Shown here: one piece after another, positions 50,134-62,878 of the stretch
How positions within the stretch are numbered: position 1 is the first letter of the stretch
How the letters are laid out: every line of letters starts with the position of its first letter
Origin: Squalus acanthias
Lineage: Eukaryota
Reading direction: 5' to 3'
Length of the DNA: 64,000 bases
Assembly: GCA_030390025.1 (NCBI GenBank)
Contig: CM059432.1
Span: 85,252,001 to 85,316,000 of the forward strand
The notes under the pieces: model-generated
Seen by the model: only the letters and a program-made list of their open reading frames with translations
Told to the model about the DNA's origin: nothing
Databases searched by the model: none
Made by a program: the position numbers and the translations under genes

Positions 50134-51787
50134 TAGAAACATAGCAACATAGAAGATAGGAGCAGGAGTAGGCCATTCGGCCCCTCGAGCCTGCTCCGCC
50201 ATTCGATGAGATCATGGCTGATCATCCAAATTCAGTACCCTGTCCCTGCCTTCTCCCCATATCCCTTGATACCTTTAGCCTTAAGAAATATATCTAACTC
50301 CTTCTTGAATATATTTAATGAATTGGCCTCAACTGCCTTCTGTGGTAGAGAATTCCACAGGTTCACCACTCTCTGGGTGAAGAAATTCCTCTTCATCTCT
50401 GTCCTAAATGGCTTACTCCTTATCTTTAGACTGTGACCTCTTGTTCTGGACTCCCCCGCCATCGGGAACATCCTTCCTGCATCCAGTCTGTCTAGCCCTG
50501 TTAGAATTTTATAAGTTTCAATGAGATCTCCTCTCATTCTTCTAAACTCCAGCAAGTATAAGCCCAATCGACCCAATCTCTCCTCGTACGGCATTCCTGC
50601 CATCCCAGGTATCAGTCTGGTGAATATTCGCTGCACACCCTCCATGGCAAGAACATCCTTCCTCAGATAAGGCGACCAAAACTGCACACAATACTCAAGG
50701 TGTGGTCTCACCAAGGCCCTGTACAGCTGCAGCAAGACATCCTTGCTCCTGTACTCGAATCCTCTCGCTATGAAGGCCAACATACCATTTGCCTTCTTAA
50801 CCGCCTGCTGCACCTGCATGCTTACCTTCAGCGACTGGTGCACAAGGACTCCCAGATCTCGTTGCACTTCCCCTTTTCCCAATCTATTGCCATTCAGATA
50901 ATAATCTGTCTTCCTGTTTTTGCCACCAAAGTGGATAACCTCGCATTTATCCACATTATACTGCATCTGCCATGCTTCTGCCCAATCACCCAACCTGTCC
51001 AAATCATACTGGAGTTTCTCTGCATCCTCCTCGCAGCACACACGCCCACCCAGCTTTGTGTCATCTGCAAACTTGGAGATATTACATCTCGTTCCCTCGT
51101 CTAGATCATTAATATATATAGTGAATAGCTGGGCTCCTGGGACCGATCCCTGCGGAACCCCACTAGTCACTGCCTGCCACTCGGAAAAAGACCCGTTTAT
51201 TCCAACTCTTTGCTTCCTGTCTGCCAACCAGTTCTCTATCCAAGTCAGTACCTTGCCCCCAATCCCATGTGCCTTAACTTTACACGCTAATCTCTTATGC
51301 GGGTCCTTATCGAAAGCCTTCTGAAAGTCCAAATACACCACATCCACTGGTTCTCCCTTATCTATTCTATCAGTTACATCCTCAAAAAATTCCAGTAGAT
51401 TAGTCAAGCACGATTTACCTTTTGTAAATCCTGTCACTGTTTCCAGGTGCTCTGCTATTACATCTTTTATAATGGACTCTAGCCTTTTCCCCACAACCGA
51501 TGTCAGGCTTACTGGTCTATAATTCCCCGTTTTTTCTCTACCACCTTTTTTGAACAGTGGGGTAACATTAGCTACCCTCCAATCCATGGGAACTGTTCTA
51601 GAGTCTATTGAATTTTGGAAGATGACCAGCAATGCATCTACTATTTCTAGGGCCACTTCCTTAAGTACCCTAGGATGTAGATTATCAGGCCCTGGGGATT
51701 TATCGGCCTTTAATGCCGTCAATTTCCCTAATACCATTTCCCTACAAATTCTGATTTCATTCAGTTCCTCCCTCTCATTGGACTCTC
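50134..51787 (-). mobile_element. Young 5'-truncated CR1 inserted in an old SINE fragment
   Basis: Tail agaaacatagcaacatag. The flanks rejoin as the SINE sequence ccaatga...ttttgaagtgcagtca. Confidence 0.9.
50232..51737 (-). CDS. CR1 ORF2 reverse transcriptase fragment (501 codons open, no endonuclease, no native start)
   Basis: KSPGPD, NYRPVSLTS, YLDFQKAFD, GVPQGS and [10 protein letters not shown] are all present. There is a short in-frame deletion before GFTKGKSC. Confidence 0.85.
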   Translation of the reverse strand: MVLGKLTALKADKSPGPDNLHPRVLKEVALEIVDALLVIFQNSIDSRTVPMDWRVANVTPLFKKGGREKTGNYRPVSLTSVVGKRLESIIKDVIAEHLETVTGFTKGKSCLTNLLEFFEDVTDRIDKGEPVDVVYLDFQKAFDKDPHKRLACKVKAHGIGGKVLTWIENWLADRKQRVGINGSFSEWQAVTSGVPQGSVPGAQLFTIYINDLDEGTRCNISKFADDTKLGGRVCCEEDAEKLQYDLDRLGDWAEAWQMQYNVDKCEVIHFGGKNRKTDYYLNGNRLGKGEVQRDLGVLVHQSLKVSMQVQQAVKKANGMLAFIARGFEYRSKDVLLQLYRALVRPHLEYCVQFWSPYLRKDVLAMEGVQRIFTRLIPGMAGMPYEERLGRLGLYLLEFRRMRGDLIETYKILTGLDRLDAGRMFPMAGESRTRGHSLKIRSKPFRTEMKRNFFTQRVVNLWNSLPQKAVEANSLNIFKKELDIFLKAKGIKGYGEKAGTGY

Positions 51788-52035
51788 ATTTTGAAGTGCA
51801 GTCAATGTTGCTAATGTAAGTATCAAAATAATCTGTCAGATTTGTTCAATTTGCATTTAAAAATCTAATCATAAATCTATTTATATTAATAAAAATAAAT
51901 ATCATTTCAAGCACAAACTGTGGTTAGATTTTATTTAGAAAATTAGGAGAAATAATCCCTTCTGAAAACATGCTGCAATTTTAAAATGTGCCCAACTTTT
52001 GTTTTCTTTCCACTATGCAAGCCATAAGTTATAAT

Positions 52036-52799
52036 GGCCCAGAAATTAGGCACCCTGGCTTCCCGCGGGTGCAAGGATCCTGCGCGCACCTACCTACCGC
52101 GCCTGCCGTTGACCTCTGGGCCCACGGGGACTTCAGCTCCTGGGCCTCCCCCAACTGCCGGCGCGCAGTGCTTGCGTGTCCCAGGGGCGTAGTTAGTGCG
52201 ATGCGTCCCCTGGGATCACGTGGGCCATGGAGAGCCAATGGCAGCAGACCATCTTTCATTCATAGATTTGACAGGAAGACCTGTCAAATCTATGAATTGA
52301 AATCGGCCCCAAAACAACACCTAAACTTCAAATAAATTAAAAAAAAAAATCACATTTTTAAAATCACTATAAGTGAAATAAATTAACTACTTTAAACAAA
52401 AATTAAAATTTTTGAAAAAATTAGAATACTTTTTAACAGTGCTAAAAATAAACTTACCTTTCTTTAAAGTATCTAAAAAAGATAAACCTGTTGAAATTTT
52501 TTTTAAATTGTAATTAATTAACCACTTACCTTGTTGAAAACGGGTCTTGCGCCTCCTTTTTAAAAGCGCAGCTTCTTCAATACTTACCCTCCCGGAGAAA
52601 CCTGAAAAAAAACCTAAGTTTGCTGCGTGCGCGCAGCCTCTCCCGCGCACGCGGTTCACCGCTGAACCCCTCCCTTCACGAGACCGGAAGTTCCGGTTTC
52701 CCGCGCATGCGCAGTGCATGCAGGAAACCGGCACTTCAGGAGGCCTTACGGGTGAGTACACAGCATGTACTCACCCGGCAAGTGCCGAATTTTTGGCCC
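52036..52799. mobile_element. MITE family A, second full copy
   Basis: TIRs ggcccagaaatt / aatttttggccc with flanks aat / att. Collinear with 294-1032. Confidence 0.88.
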
Positions 52800-53319
52800 A
52801 TTACTATTATACAAAGGTTCTACATTTTTAAGCTTGTTTAATCCAAACTAGATCTATGTTATACTTAACATTAAAATATTATCTCAGAAAATATTTTTAT
52901 ACAGCATTGATACTAACATAGAGAATATTTTGGGAATGGAATATGAAATGAATATAGATTTGATGCATCAAATGGAAGAGGTTAAAGCCAAGCTAAAGAA
53001 GGAAATAAAATGATTAGGTTAGAAATTCCAGCCCCTCTAGAATGCCAACGCAGTTGTGGCAGCGGCTGGGGTCCCAATGTAGGGTATAAACCGAATCCAC
53101 AAGTTTTCCCACCAAGCTGAAATTCCCAACCCTGAGTGGGTGGCGGGTGCTTCTGCCCACCCCTTTACGTCCTGGCAAGCAAGGGGATGCATTTGGGAGT
53201 GTAGTCTCTAGCTACCCTTGGAATTCTGCTGAGCTTACTGTTTGGCCCAGCAGTTCCCATGCCTGATCTCAGCAGGCATGGATTCTATTCTGGACCTCTT
53301 GAAGGCCGCAAATAAGTAT

Positions 53320-53588
53320 AGAAGAAGAAGAGGAACTTGGATTTATACAGTGCCTTTCATGACCTCAGGATGTCCCAAAGTGCTTTATAGCCAATGAAGT
53401 ACTTTTGAAGTGTAGTCACTGTTGTAATGTAGGAAACGCAGCAGCCAGTTTTGCGCACAGCAAAGTCCCACAAACAGAAATGTGATAATGACCAGATAAT
53501 CTGTTTTAGTGATGAGGGATAAATATTGGCCAGGACATTGGGGAGAACACCCTGCTCTTCTTCGAATAGTGCCATGGGATCTTTTACA
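53320..53588 (-). mobile_element. DeuSINE 3' half
   Basis: Reverse complement of about 43280-43545. Confidence 0.85.
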
Positions 53589-54013
53589 AAGTATTACTGA
53601 AAGAAGAGTTATGTATCATTTTCTTTTGGCTTCACACACAAGTGATGCAGTAATCTGTGTCCATATAATTTTGTATATTTGAAAATAAATGGAAAAAGGT
53701 TGTCAGTTACATTTCTAAGAAGACAGTGCCCCACTGTTATTACATAGTTGTCAGGAGTACTTTATATTGAAAGTATCCCTGTACTAGTCTGGTCCTTTAA
53801 GGAAATCATGTGCCTTTGAATGTCCAGCATGATGTACTAGATTTCTAACATATATCTGATGCTGTTATTTAAAGAAAGTATGTGCTGTATTACTTAACTA
53901 AACTGAATAATGAAAGTTCTCTAGAAGCCTAAAATTTTAATTGATGGTAACAATGAAGGTCCAGATCGTTGTGAAATGGCTCTGCAGTGTGCAAGGGTGG
54001 CGTTGCACAACTT

Positions 54014-54181
54014 GGGGGTGAAATTGGTCTTGGGCAATAGCGCAAAACAGGCTACAGCCAACCTTGCAGCCTGTTTTACATGCTGTCTGATTTTTTTTTC
54101 CACTGACTTCAATAAAAAAGAATGAAAAGCAAATCACTATCGCCCATTTTGCACTACCGTCCCAAGACCAATTTCACTCCC
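54014..54181. mobile_element. Short fold-back MITE related to 33069-33253
   Basis: TIR gggggtgaaattggtcttggg / cccaagaccaatttcactccc (20/21), centred on cactgacttcaat. Confidence 0.82.
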
Positions 54182-54659
54182 GTTGTGTCATGTAAACTAT
54201 GTAAGCTACAAGTCCTCATGTCCTGAGGGAAACAGATAGATGCCTGAATTTTGCACCAGTTTCTTTAACAGATCTAGGGCAGACCAGGCCAGAAAATTGC
54301 TCTGAGATGTGCTTGGCAACATCCATACCTCCTACCCCGCCCCCCACTTTACAAATTGTAGACCCAGTGCACCCACCCTAATTGAACTCTGGATGTAGGG
54401 TCATCTGTTAGGCCCTGGTGTCTAGCGTTTTAAGATCACTTGAGGGGGCCACTGTGATTCATTGGAAGACCATCTGTGCCATACTTCCCAACCCACGAAA
54501 CTTATAAAAATTGATAACTCAAAAAACAATGTACAACTGAAAAACAGCCATAAATAATGGCTTAAGACCAAGACCACTACTTGAGGGCATTTAAACAAGT
54601 TAAAATCCTCTTTACTGCATTGGATTTCTGTGAAAGCTGAAACCCAATAGCCTCATAAG

Positions 54660-54790
54660 TGAAAACCAAAATACTGCAGTTACTGGAAAACTGAAAAAAG
54701 CAGAAATATGCTGGAAACACACAAATACCAGTCAGCATCTGTGGAGATAATAGACAAGTTCATGTTTCAGATGTGGTCTCTTCTTCGCCC
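54660..54790 (-). mobile_element. Decayed Penelope pLTR fragment
   Basis: caaaatactgcag...atgctggaaacac...cagcatctgtggaga. Confidence 0.6.
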
Positions 54791-56699
54791 AATAGTCCAT
54801 CAGTCACATTAAAGGGAAAGAAGAACTAAAGTACAAAAAAGTTCAATTTCATTCTTCCTTTTAGAATTTAGAAAATAAATCCAAATATTCTACAACAACT
54901 TACATTCATATAACAGGTTTAATGTAGAAAAATATTCCAAAATGCTTCACAGAGGCCTAATCAGATGATTAGGATGCTGAACAAAAGGAGGTGATATTAG
55001 TCTATGAGCTCCTCACATTTGTTGTTGCAGGTGAGGATGATAGGGGCAGAGGAGAGGGTGTTAAGGAGACAGTTGGCAGTCGAGAAAAGAAGCTGGGGGT
55101 TATCTTTGCTCTCCAGGATGATACTGGAGTAGTGAGTGGTTTTGGCAGAGGAAAGTGTGGCCCAATAGCGCTTGATGTGGTCCAGCTAGATCTGGCAATA
55201 GATTGCTAAAGCAGTTGTGCACCAGATATGTTACAGTCTGCGCCCCTTGGACTTCAGGGAGCGAAGATGGGGACCATACCAAGGGGAACGACCAGGATGG
55301 GCGAAAGTAAGGGAATTACTGGGGGCAAGGTCTTCAAAGGTGGAAATGAGGGAGTGGTTGAGTAGATCAATAGCTGCAGAAGTAACATAGCGAATGGAGG
55401 GCCAAAGGCATGCGCAGAAGAGATATTTTGTGCAAGGTCTTGTAGGTTGATTTGAAGTCCTATAGATCCTTGAGCATTTAGAGGGACCCAGGAGTCACCT
55501 GTACAGCCACTGAAAAAGCTGCCTGCTCATACAAAATGCATATGATTGGAACTTATGCTGCGCAGGTGCGCTCAGCGTGCGGCCGAGAAAAAAATCTGAA
55601 CCAAAAAAAAAGAAATTTTCTGCAGGCAGCCTGACAAGTGCCTTCCCCTCCCGCTGCGGTGCAGGCCTGCTGGAGCAACCGTCCTGCACAGGTCAGGGAG
55701 TTCATCTACCACATGCAAATTCCTGGGGCTAGAAATATGGCTGGGGTGAGGGGCAATGTTCCTTCTTTTTTTTTCCCGGTGTGCGTGCACTTTAGCTGGC
55801 TGTGCGGCCCATTCAAGTTTTGCGCATGTGCGTTTTTTCTCATATAAAAGCCGGTGAGCGGCCTGCGCGGGACCTCCAGACTGCGGTACGACCGCGCGGC
55901 TTAATGGGAACGTTGGTGGGGGCATCTCCGTGATGGGCAAAACTCCCACCCTGACAGAGATGCACCTCAATCAGAAAATCCAGGCCAGAATGTTTGCATT
56001 CAAAGTAGACACCGCTGATTAATACTGTCATAAAGCTTGACGTCAACTCTAATATAATATTAGTGTTGATGTCAGTTTTATTACAGTTCCTACAGCAGTA
56101 ACCTAATACTTTAAAGAGCTGCATGTATGTTTTCAGGCACCTATAATTCAGGCTCAAAAGATAGGATACAGTGCTTCTCAGTTTCCAAGGATAGTCATAG
56201 CTTTACTCCTAAGAATCAGCTTACATTTACAAAATATGTTTTTATGCTTATGGCATAACAAGTGTATTCTATCAAAACATTCCATTCTAGAAGTCCTCTT
56301 AAGTAATCAACATATTTCCAGAAAATTATTACTTAGTCAAAATTCTTTGTATTCATGTGTGAAATAATAATCTGATGTGCAAAAAGTACCGATCTCCAGG
56401 ACATTATACTTAAGGAACCTTGCTGACAAGCGTTTAAAAAAAAAAGAAACAGTCTTGCGTACTCATTTTTTTAATAAAAACATTTTTAGTATCTTACAAA
56501 TTTAGTTCCAAAAATATAAAGAAATAGTACAGTAATTAGTAATCCATGATTTACGCACACACTTTAAAACAAGGAATGCATTTTACTACCTCTCAAATAC
56601 AGTTTTGGGATCAACTATGATGTCATATGCTGTGGCTATTCAATGCCATTTACAAATGGTTTAGAAACAGAAATAGCAGTCAAGTCATCAAAGGATTTT

Positions 56700-59302
56700 G
56701 AAACAACAACAGAAAATGCTGGAAACACTCAGCAGGTCAGGCAGCATCATGGAGAGAGAAACAGTTAACGTTTCAGGTCGCTGACCCTTTGTCAGAACTG
56801 GAAAAAGTTGGAGAAGTAACAGATTTTTAAGCAAGTGTAGAGCAGGGAAAGGGAGGAGTGGAGGAAAGAACAAAGGGAAGATCTGTGGTAAGGTGGAAGG
56901 CAGGAGAGATTAAAAGACAAAAGGGATGATGGTGCAAGGCAAAAGGAGATGGTAATGGGACAAGTTAAGAAACAAAAGATGACTCTACCTGGACCCCTCC
57001 CTCTAGCCTCTTACCCTCTCTAGATCTTTTCATTGCTAACTGCCGGCGTGACATCGGCCGTCTCAATTTCTCTGCTCCCCTCACTCACTCCATCCTACCT
57101 CTCTCTGAACTTGTAGCACTCCGTTCTCTCCGATCCAACACTAACATTGTCATTAAACCTGCTGACAAGGGTGGTGCTGTTGTTGTTTGGCGAACCGACC
57201 TCTACCGTGCGGAGGCTGAACGCCAACTTTCTGACACCTCCTCCTACCTCCCCCTGGACCATGACCCCACTACCAAATATCAAGCCATTGTTTCCAAGAC
57301 TGGCACTGACCTCATCTCCTCTGGAGATCTTCCCTCCATGGCTGTCAACCTCATAGTCCCCCAACCCGGCATAGCCCGCTTCTACCTCTTTCCCAAGATC
57401 CACAAACAGGGCTGCCCTGGTAGACCCATCATTTCTTGTTCTTGCCCCATGGAACTGATTTCTTCCTATCTCGACTCTATTTTGTCTCCCTTTGTCCAGT
57501 CTCTTCCCACCTACATTCGTGACTCTTCCGACGCCCTCCGCCACTTTTAACAGTTTCCAGTTTCCTGGCCCCAATGTCTCCTTTTCACTATGGATGTCCA
57601 ATCCCTCTACACCTCCATCCCCCACCAGGACGGCCTGAGAGCACTCCGCTTCTTCCTTGAACAGAGGCCCAACCAGTCCCCATCCACCACCACCCTCCTC
57701 CGCCTGGCTGAACTTGTTCTCACATTGAACAACTTCGCCTTTGACTCCACTCACTTCCTCCAAATTAAAGGTGTTGCTATGGGAACCTGCATGGGCCCTA
57801 GCTATGCCTGCCTTTTCGTGGGATATGTGGAACATTCTTTGTTCCAGACCTACTCAGGTCCCCTCCCTTACCTGTTTTTCCGGTACATTGATGACTGCAT
57901 TGGTGCCATTTCCTGCTCTTGCCCTGAACTAGAAAATTTCATTCACTTTGCTTCCAATTTCTACCTTTCCCTCACCTTCACATCTCTGACTCTTCCCTTC
58001 CTTTCCTCGACTTCTCTGTCTCTATTTCTGGGGATAGGCTATCGACAAACATCCACTATAAGCCCACTGACTCCCACAGCTACCTAGGCTGCACTTCCTC
58101 CCACCCCGCTTCCTATAAGGACTCTATTCCATTCTCCCAGTTTCTCCATCTCCGCCACATCTGTTCTGACGATGCCACCTTCCATACTAGTGCTTCTGAT
58201 ATGTCTTCCTTTTTCCTCAACCGAGGATTTCCATCTACCGTGGTTGACATGGCCCTCGACCGTGTCCATTCCATTTCCCGCACTTCTGCTCTCACCCCTT
58301 CCCCTCCCTCCCACAACCACGATAGGGTTCCAATTGTCCTCAGCTTTCACCCCACCAGCCTCCACATTCAATGGATCATCCTCTGCCATTTCCGCTACCT
58401 CCAGCGTGATCCCACCACCAAACATATCTTCCCCTCGCCCCCCCCTTTCAGCATTCCGAAGGACTGCTCCCTCCGCGACACCGTGGTCCACTCCTCTATC
58501 ACCCCCAGCACCCCTTCCCCTTTCCACGGCACCTTCCCATGCAAGCGCAGGAGATGCAACACCTGCCCTTTTTCCTCCTCCCTTCCCACTGTCCAGGGCC
58601 CCAAACACTCCTTTCAGATGAAAGAGTGATTTACTTGTACTTCTTGCAATTTAGTATACTGTATTCGCTGCTCACGATGCGGTCTCCTCTACATTGGGGA
58701 GACCAAGCTTAGATTGACCCCGAGCTTCTGGTCGCCTGTCACTTTAATTCTCCGCGCCACTCCCACTCTGATCTCTCCGTCCTTGGCCTCTTACACTCTT
58801 CCAATAAAGCTCAACGTAAACTTGAAGAACAGCACCTCATCTTTCGATTAGGCACTTTACAGCCTTCTGGACTCAACATTGAGTTCAGCAATTTCAGACT
58901 ATAACCTCGGCCCCTATGTTTTCCTTTTTATCTCACATGGCAGCTGTTGATGATTCTGCCATTGCCATTTACACCTCATCTTGAGTCATCTTTTGTTTCT
59001 TAACTTGTCCCATTGCCATCTCCTTTTGCCTTGCACCATCATCCCTTTTGTCTTTTAATCTCTCCTGCCTTCCATCCTATCACAGATCTTCCCTTTGTTC
59101 TTTCCTCCACTCCTCCCTTTCCCTGCCCTACACTTGCTTAAAAATCTGTTACTTCTCCAACTTTTTACAGTTCTGACAAAGGGTCATCGACCTGAAACGT
59201 TAACTCTGTTTCTCTCTCCACAATGCTGCCTGACCTGCTGAGTGTTTCCAGCATTTTCTGTTGTTGTTTCAGATTTCCAGCATCCACAGTATTTTGCTAT
59301 TG
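56700..59302 (+). mobile_element. Penelope-like element (RT plus GIY-YIG), 5'-truncated, with an inverted pLTR
   Basis: 14-bp TSD catcaaaggatttt (56686-56699, 59303-59316). Motifs IKPADKGGAVVV, MDVQSLYTSIPH, GVAMGTCMGPSYA, FRYIDD, CKRRRCNTC and VYCIRCSRCGLLYIGETK. 56700-56985 is the inverse of 58983-59270. Confidence 0.95.
59169..59205 (+). ncRNA. Minimal type I hammerhead ribozyme, core mutated (CUGACAA); inverted twin at 56763-56799
   Basis: agtt-CTGACAA-a-gggtc atc gacct-GAAA-cg-TT-aact. Confidence 0.65.
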
Positions 59303-59872
59303 CATCAAAGGATTTTAGTGATTGTGTCATAATCAGACATGTCTCTGGTTCATCTTTTTGTCTCTGTGCATAAAGCCCGTTACTAAGTATATGTCTTGAT
59401 GGAATTTCAGAATTTTAAGAGATTCTGGTACCAGGCTTGATTCCCCATTCAAGCACTCCCTACTCTCAGTCCCCTAGAATCCTTCCGTTTTAGCCCTTAC
59501 TTAAACCAGAAAAACCTCCACCATTGTATCTAGAAGATTGTTGGTAGATGTTCCAGAGGATGTCAGAGGGACTGATAATAATACTGTTGATGCTGTAGAC
59601 CTGGCCCATGAAGAACAGGAAGCAGATACAACGGCTGCGAAACAGACTCATACCGCACATCTTCCCAAATGAACAGGGCACTATTATTTGGAAATCTCAG
59701 CCCATCAAAACTCTGCCTCTTATCACCGTCTTCTCTGCTGTATCCTGATTTGCAGCCTCTGGGCGCAAAAAACAGCAGCGTTAACTTTTGTGTGCTTGAG
59801 TTGTACTGTTATCATAAATGGTACTTTGTAGATTTCTTATAAAGGAAATAGTAGCTGGTGAAGTGATTGTTA

Positions 59873-60505
59873 CTTCCCAGTCGGGGAACACTTCAGCAGT
59901 CAAGGACATTCAGCCTCGGATCTGCGGGTAAGCGTTCTCCAAGGTGGCCTTAGAGACACACGACAACGCAAAATCATCGAGCAGAAACTGATAGCCAAGT
60001 TCCGCACTCATGAGGACGGCCTCAACCGGGATCTTGGTTTTATGTCACGATACATGACATAGAGTCATCCAGATTCGAGTCGTCGTTGGCTTGTTCACAG
60101 ATGTGATTCCCAGTAAAAAAGTAAAAATTTTAAAGTTTATCGTTTTCCATACCGACTGCAGCTTTTGACACATTAGACCCCCTGTAACCCCACCTCATTG
60201 TCTCAGTTGTATCTTGCTATGTCTTTGATGTGGTGCCTTCCTGGCTGACCTGATTGTTTATCTGCCGAGGTGTGACAAAAGGCAGTCAGGAGGATTAAAT
60301 GTAGTCGTCTGCCATTGTAAGTTACACATGCATTGTTCGCTATCTATATATGCTTTGTCGATTTTGTATTCCTTTACTTCACCTGACGAAGGAGCAGCCG
60401 CTCCGAAAGCTTGTGATTTCAAATAAAACTGTTGGACTATAACCTGGTGTTGTGCGACTTCTCACTTTTGTCCACCCCAGTCCAACACCGGCATCTCCGC
60501 ATCAT
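59873..60505 (+). mobile_element. Second Penelope-like family, 3' fragment (GIY-YIG C-terminus plus pLTR)
   Basis: PVGEHFSSQGHSASDLRVSVLQGGLRDTRQRKIIEQKLIAKFRTHEDGLNRDLGFM, followed by a hammerhead motif and aataaa. Confidence 0.88.
60379..60416 (+). ncRNA. Minimal type I hammerhead ribozyme, intact core
   Basis: tcac-CTGACGA-a-ggagc agcc gctcc-GAAA-gc-TT-gtga. Stem I is tcac/gtga, stem II has 5 bp, and the stem III region is the palindrome AGCT. Confidence 0.85.
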
Positions 60506-60543
60506 GAAGAATATATAGAAACATTAAAAAAACAAAAGGTATA

Positions 60544-62635
60544 GGCTGGTAAATTCGATAACGCAAGGAAACAGGCGTGGACACCGCGATGCAAGATATG
60601 CCCGCGCCCGTTCAAAAAGCGCAGTCAGTACGTCAATTTGGTGCTGCCTGCTAATGTAAATGAATGTAGCGCATAATCCAGTGACTATCGCGCTGCTGAC
60701 AGGCTGTGCGCTCAGCAGGAGGCCCAAGTTAGCATTGCTGGAGCAAGGCTGCCTTTCCTTAAAGATAAGCTGTTCATTTTCAAGGCAGTCTCTAGCCTTT
60801 AAGCTGAACTGCGATCTGAAAAAAAAAATCATTCAAAACCAGACAGTCTGCAGCTCTCAAAGCTGAACTGCCTTCTGTACATAAAACATGGTAAAAATGC
60901 TCCAGCACAAGCACAAATGGCTCAACAGGACAGGGAAAGGGCACTCAGCGTATCAGACTCAGCACTTCAGATTTGTGCAGGGGGTCAGCACTGGAAGAGA
61001 TGTCCTCTACCCACAGAGGGCCAGGAGGCCCTCCAGAAAGAAGGATGTGGGACCAGTTCATCAAGGCTATCACTGCCAGCAGTGTCGCCACCAGGACCTG
61101 GCTCCAGTGCTCAAAGAAGTTTCATGACCCCAGTCGAGTGTTCAAGGTCAGTGAATGCATCTTCAAAAGCCTTCTCCTAACAACTGCACCACTAGCCTCA
61201 CACACTGCTCAATGCACGACTACCCCATTACTCACCTACCAACAATCTCTACCAAGCACGAGGCACACCTCATATTCCTAGCTTGACCTCATCCCCTTGG
61301 AGGAGACGGTGCTAGCCATTCTTGGCAGGGGTATGGCTGAGCCCTTGGCCAGTGGCAGGGCTGAAAGAATACAAGATGCCGGTATCCTCATACGTTATCC
61401 TCCTTTTCTCATCCCACTTCTCCCTCATCCCACAATCTCTTCTGATGTACAAGCTGCTCATGGTGTAAACATGCACCTCTTGCTTTCCCACCCTTCCCCT
61501 TACCACAACCCTACCCTTGTGCCTTCCTCATTTGAGACACCCAAGAGATCCAGCCTGTCCAGCCAATGGTTCACCAAGAAGAGGGAGAGGAGTGTGAAGA
61601 AGAAGAAGAAGAGATACCGTCACTTGATTTCACACTCTCAGCCACCAGCTCCTCGAGGTCATCCTGCAAGGCCATCTGCAGTTTCCCCCACTGGAAGTCA
61701 GCAGCCTTCCACCAGCCATGCTGCAATCATTAGGGTAGCACTGCGTAACATCACTAGGATAGGCAAAGGCACAAGCAAGACAGTCACTAAGGGAATGCAC
61801 AAGGTTGATTAGTTGATTTTTGATGTAATATTGGATGCATATATGGATAAAGTTGGATTGGAAAGTTTGCTTAGTGGTGGCGTTTATTTCAGCATTGTGG
61901 CCAAGAGGACGCTGTGATGGTCAATAACAGAGGGAAGGTAAGGTGTGGGACAAATGTTGAAAGGGGAATTGGGGTTGCGTTCATTGGTACCGCAGGCAGA
62001 TGATTAGATCCCGATATCCCGGCCAGAAAGAGGCTGTCTGGGTTGCCTCCTTCCTTTCGCTTCCTCCTCTTCTGCTTCTTCCTCTTCTGCGTCTTCCTTT
62101 TGTCTCTGCGAGCAGCTTGTCCCCTTTGCTACCTCTGCTTCATCTCCATGTGATGTTCCCAAGGGGAACTGCAACTAGAGCCCCCAGGACTGTGAGCAAG
62201 TGATATTCTCAGAGATCGTTCTTTAACACCAAACCCTTGCAAGCGTCCAGCAACACTCCCTGCACACTTTAACAACTTTTTAAATCTATTGCACCAAGCC
62301 ACTACTCCAATAAAATGTTAAAAGAAGTCCAAAAGCTAAGATCTAAACTTATCTGAAAGTTGTGTCTGACCCTTTAAGAAGCGTTTGCAGCATCTCTGTA
62401 GTACTGCTGCACACATGTTCTTCCATGCGTGGTTTAGAGAGGGCAGTATCCAGAGCGCCGACGTCCAAAATTACAGTCATGTGACAATTCAGGCATTGCA
62501 TCGGCAGCACTAACGACCTACCCAAAATGGCGGCCTCCATGTTCCGCGCCGGAAGCGGGCGGAAGTTAGGCGGCCCTCATTTTTTCATCAAAACCGGCCT
62601 TAACGGCCGGTGCTAGACCTCCGAATTTCACGGTC
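60544..62635 (+). mobile_element. Non-autonomous Harbinger family D, copy 2 (both ends present)
   Basis: Ends ggctggtaaattcg / cgaatttcacggtc with flanks ata / att. Myb/SANT reads MAQQDRERAL...RTWLQCSKKFHD. Confidence 0.85.
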
Positions 62636-62878
62636 ATTTATTCTTACATTCTCACAAACCCATTGAAGGCACTGACTGTCACATCTCCATCTAATTGCCA
62701 GGCCAGAGTGAAAGCCAATTATGGGCTTGACTTCTTTTTCTTGTATTGTTAAATACTGAATGTTGGCTCGTCCTCCTGCAGTAGCCTGGCATTCCCCGGC
62801 ATTGTGTGTTGTCTTTTTCTGGAAGAGCAATGTTTAGTGTTAATTGGGTGCTGCAGTCTCCAGATTCTGCAATCAAAA

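Noticed and set aside
53015..53235. GC-richer patches with TIR-like AAATT ends (also 5730-5930 and 55545-55987)
   Set aside because: These are probably decayed MITEs, but I could not define paired termini or TSDs.
57095..58608. Long minus-strand ORFs (246 and 174 aa)
   Set aside because: These are antisense frames of the C-rich Penelope ORF with no independent coding evidence.
59510..59675. Short acidic plus-strand open frame (DVPEDVRG...HEEQEADT)
   Set aside because: It is short, has no start or convincing splice context, and cannot be assigned.
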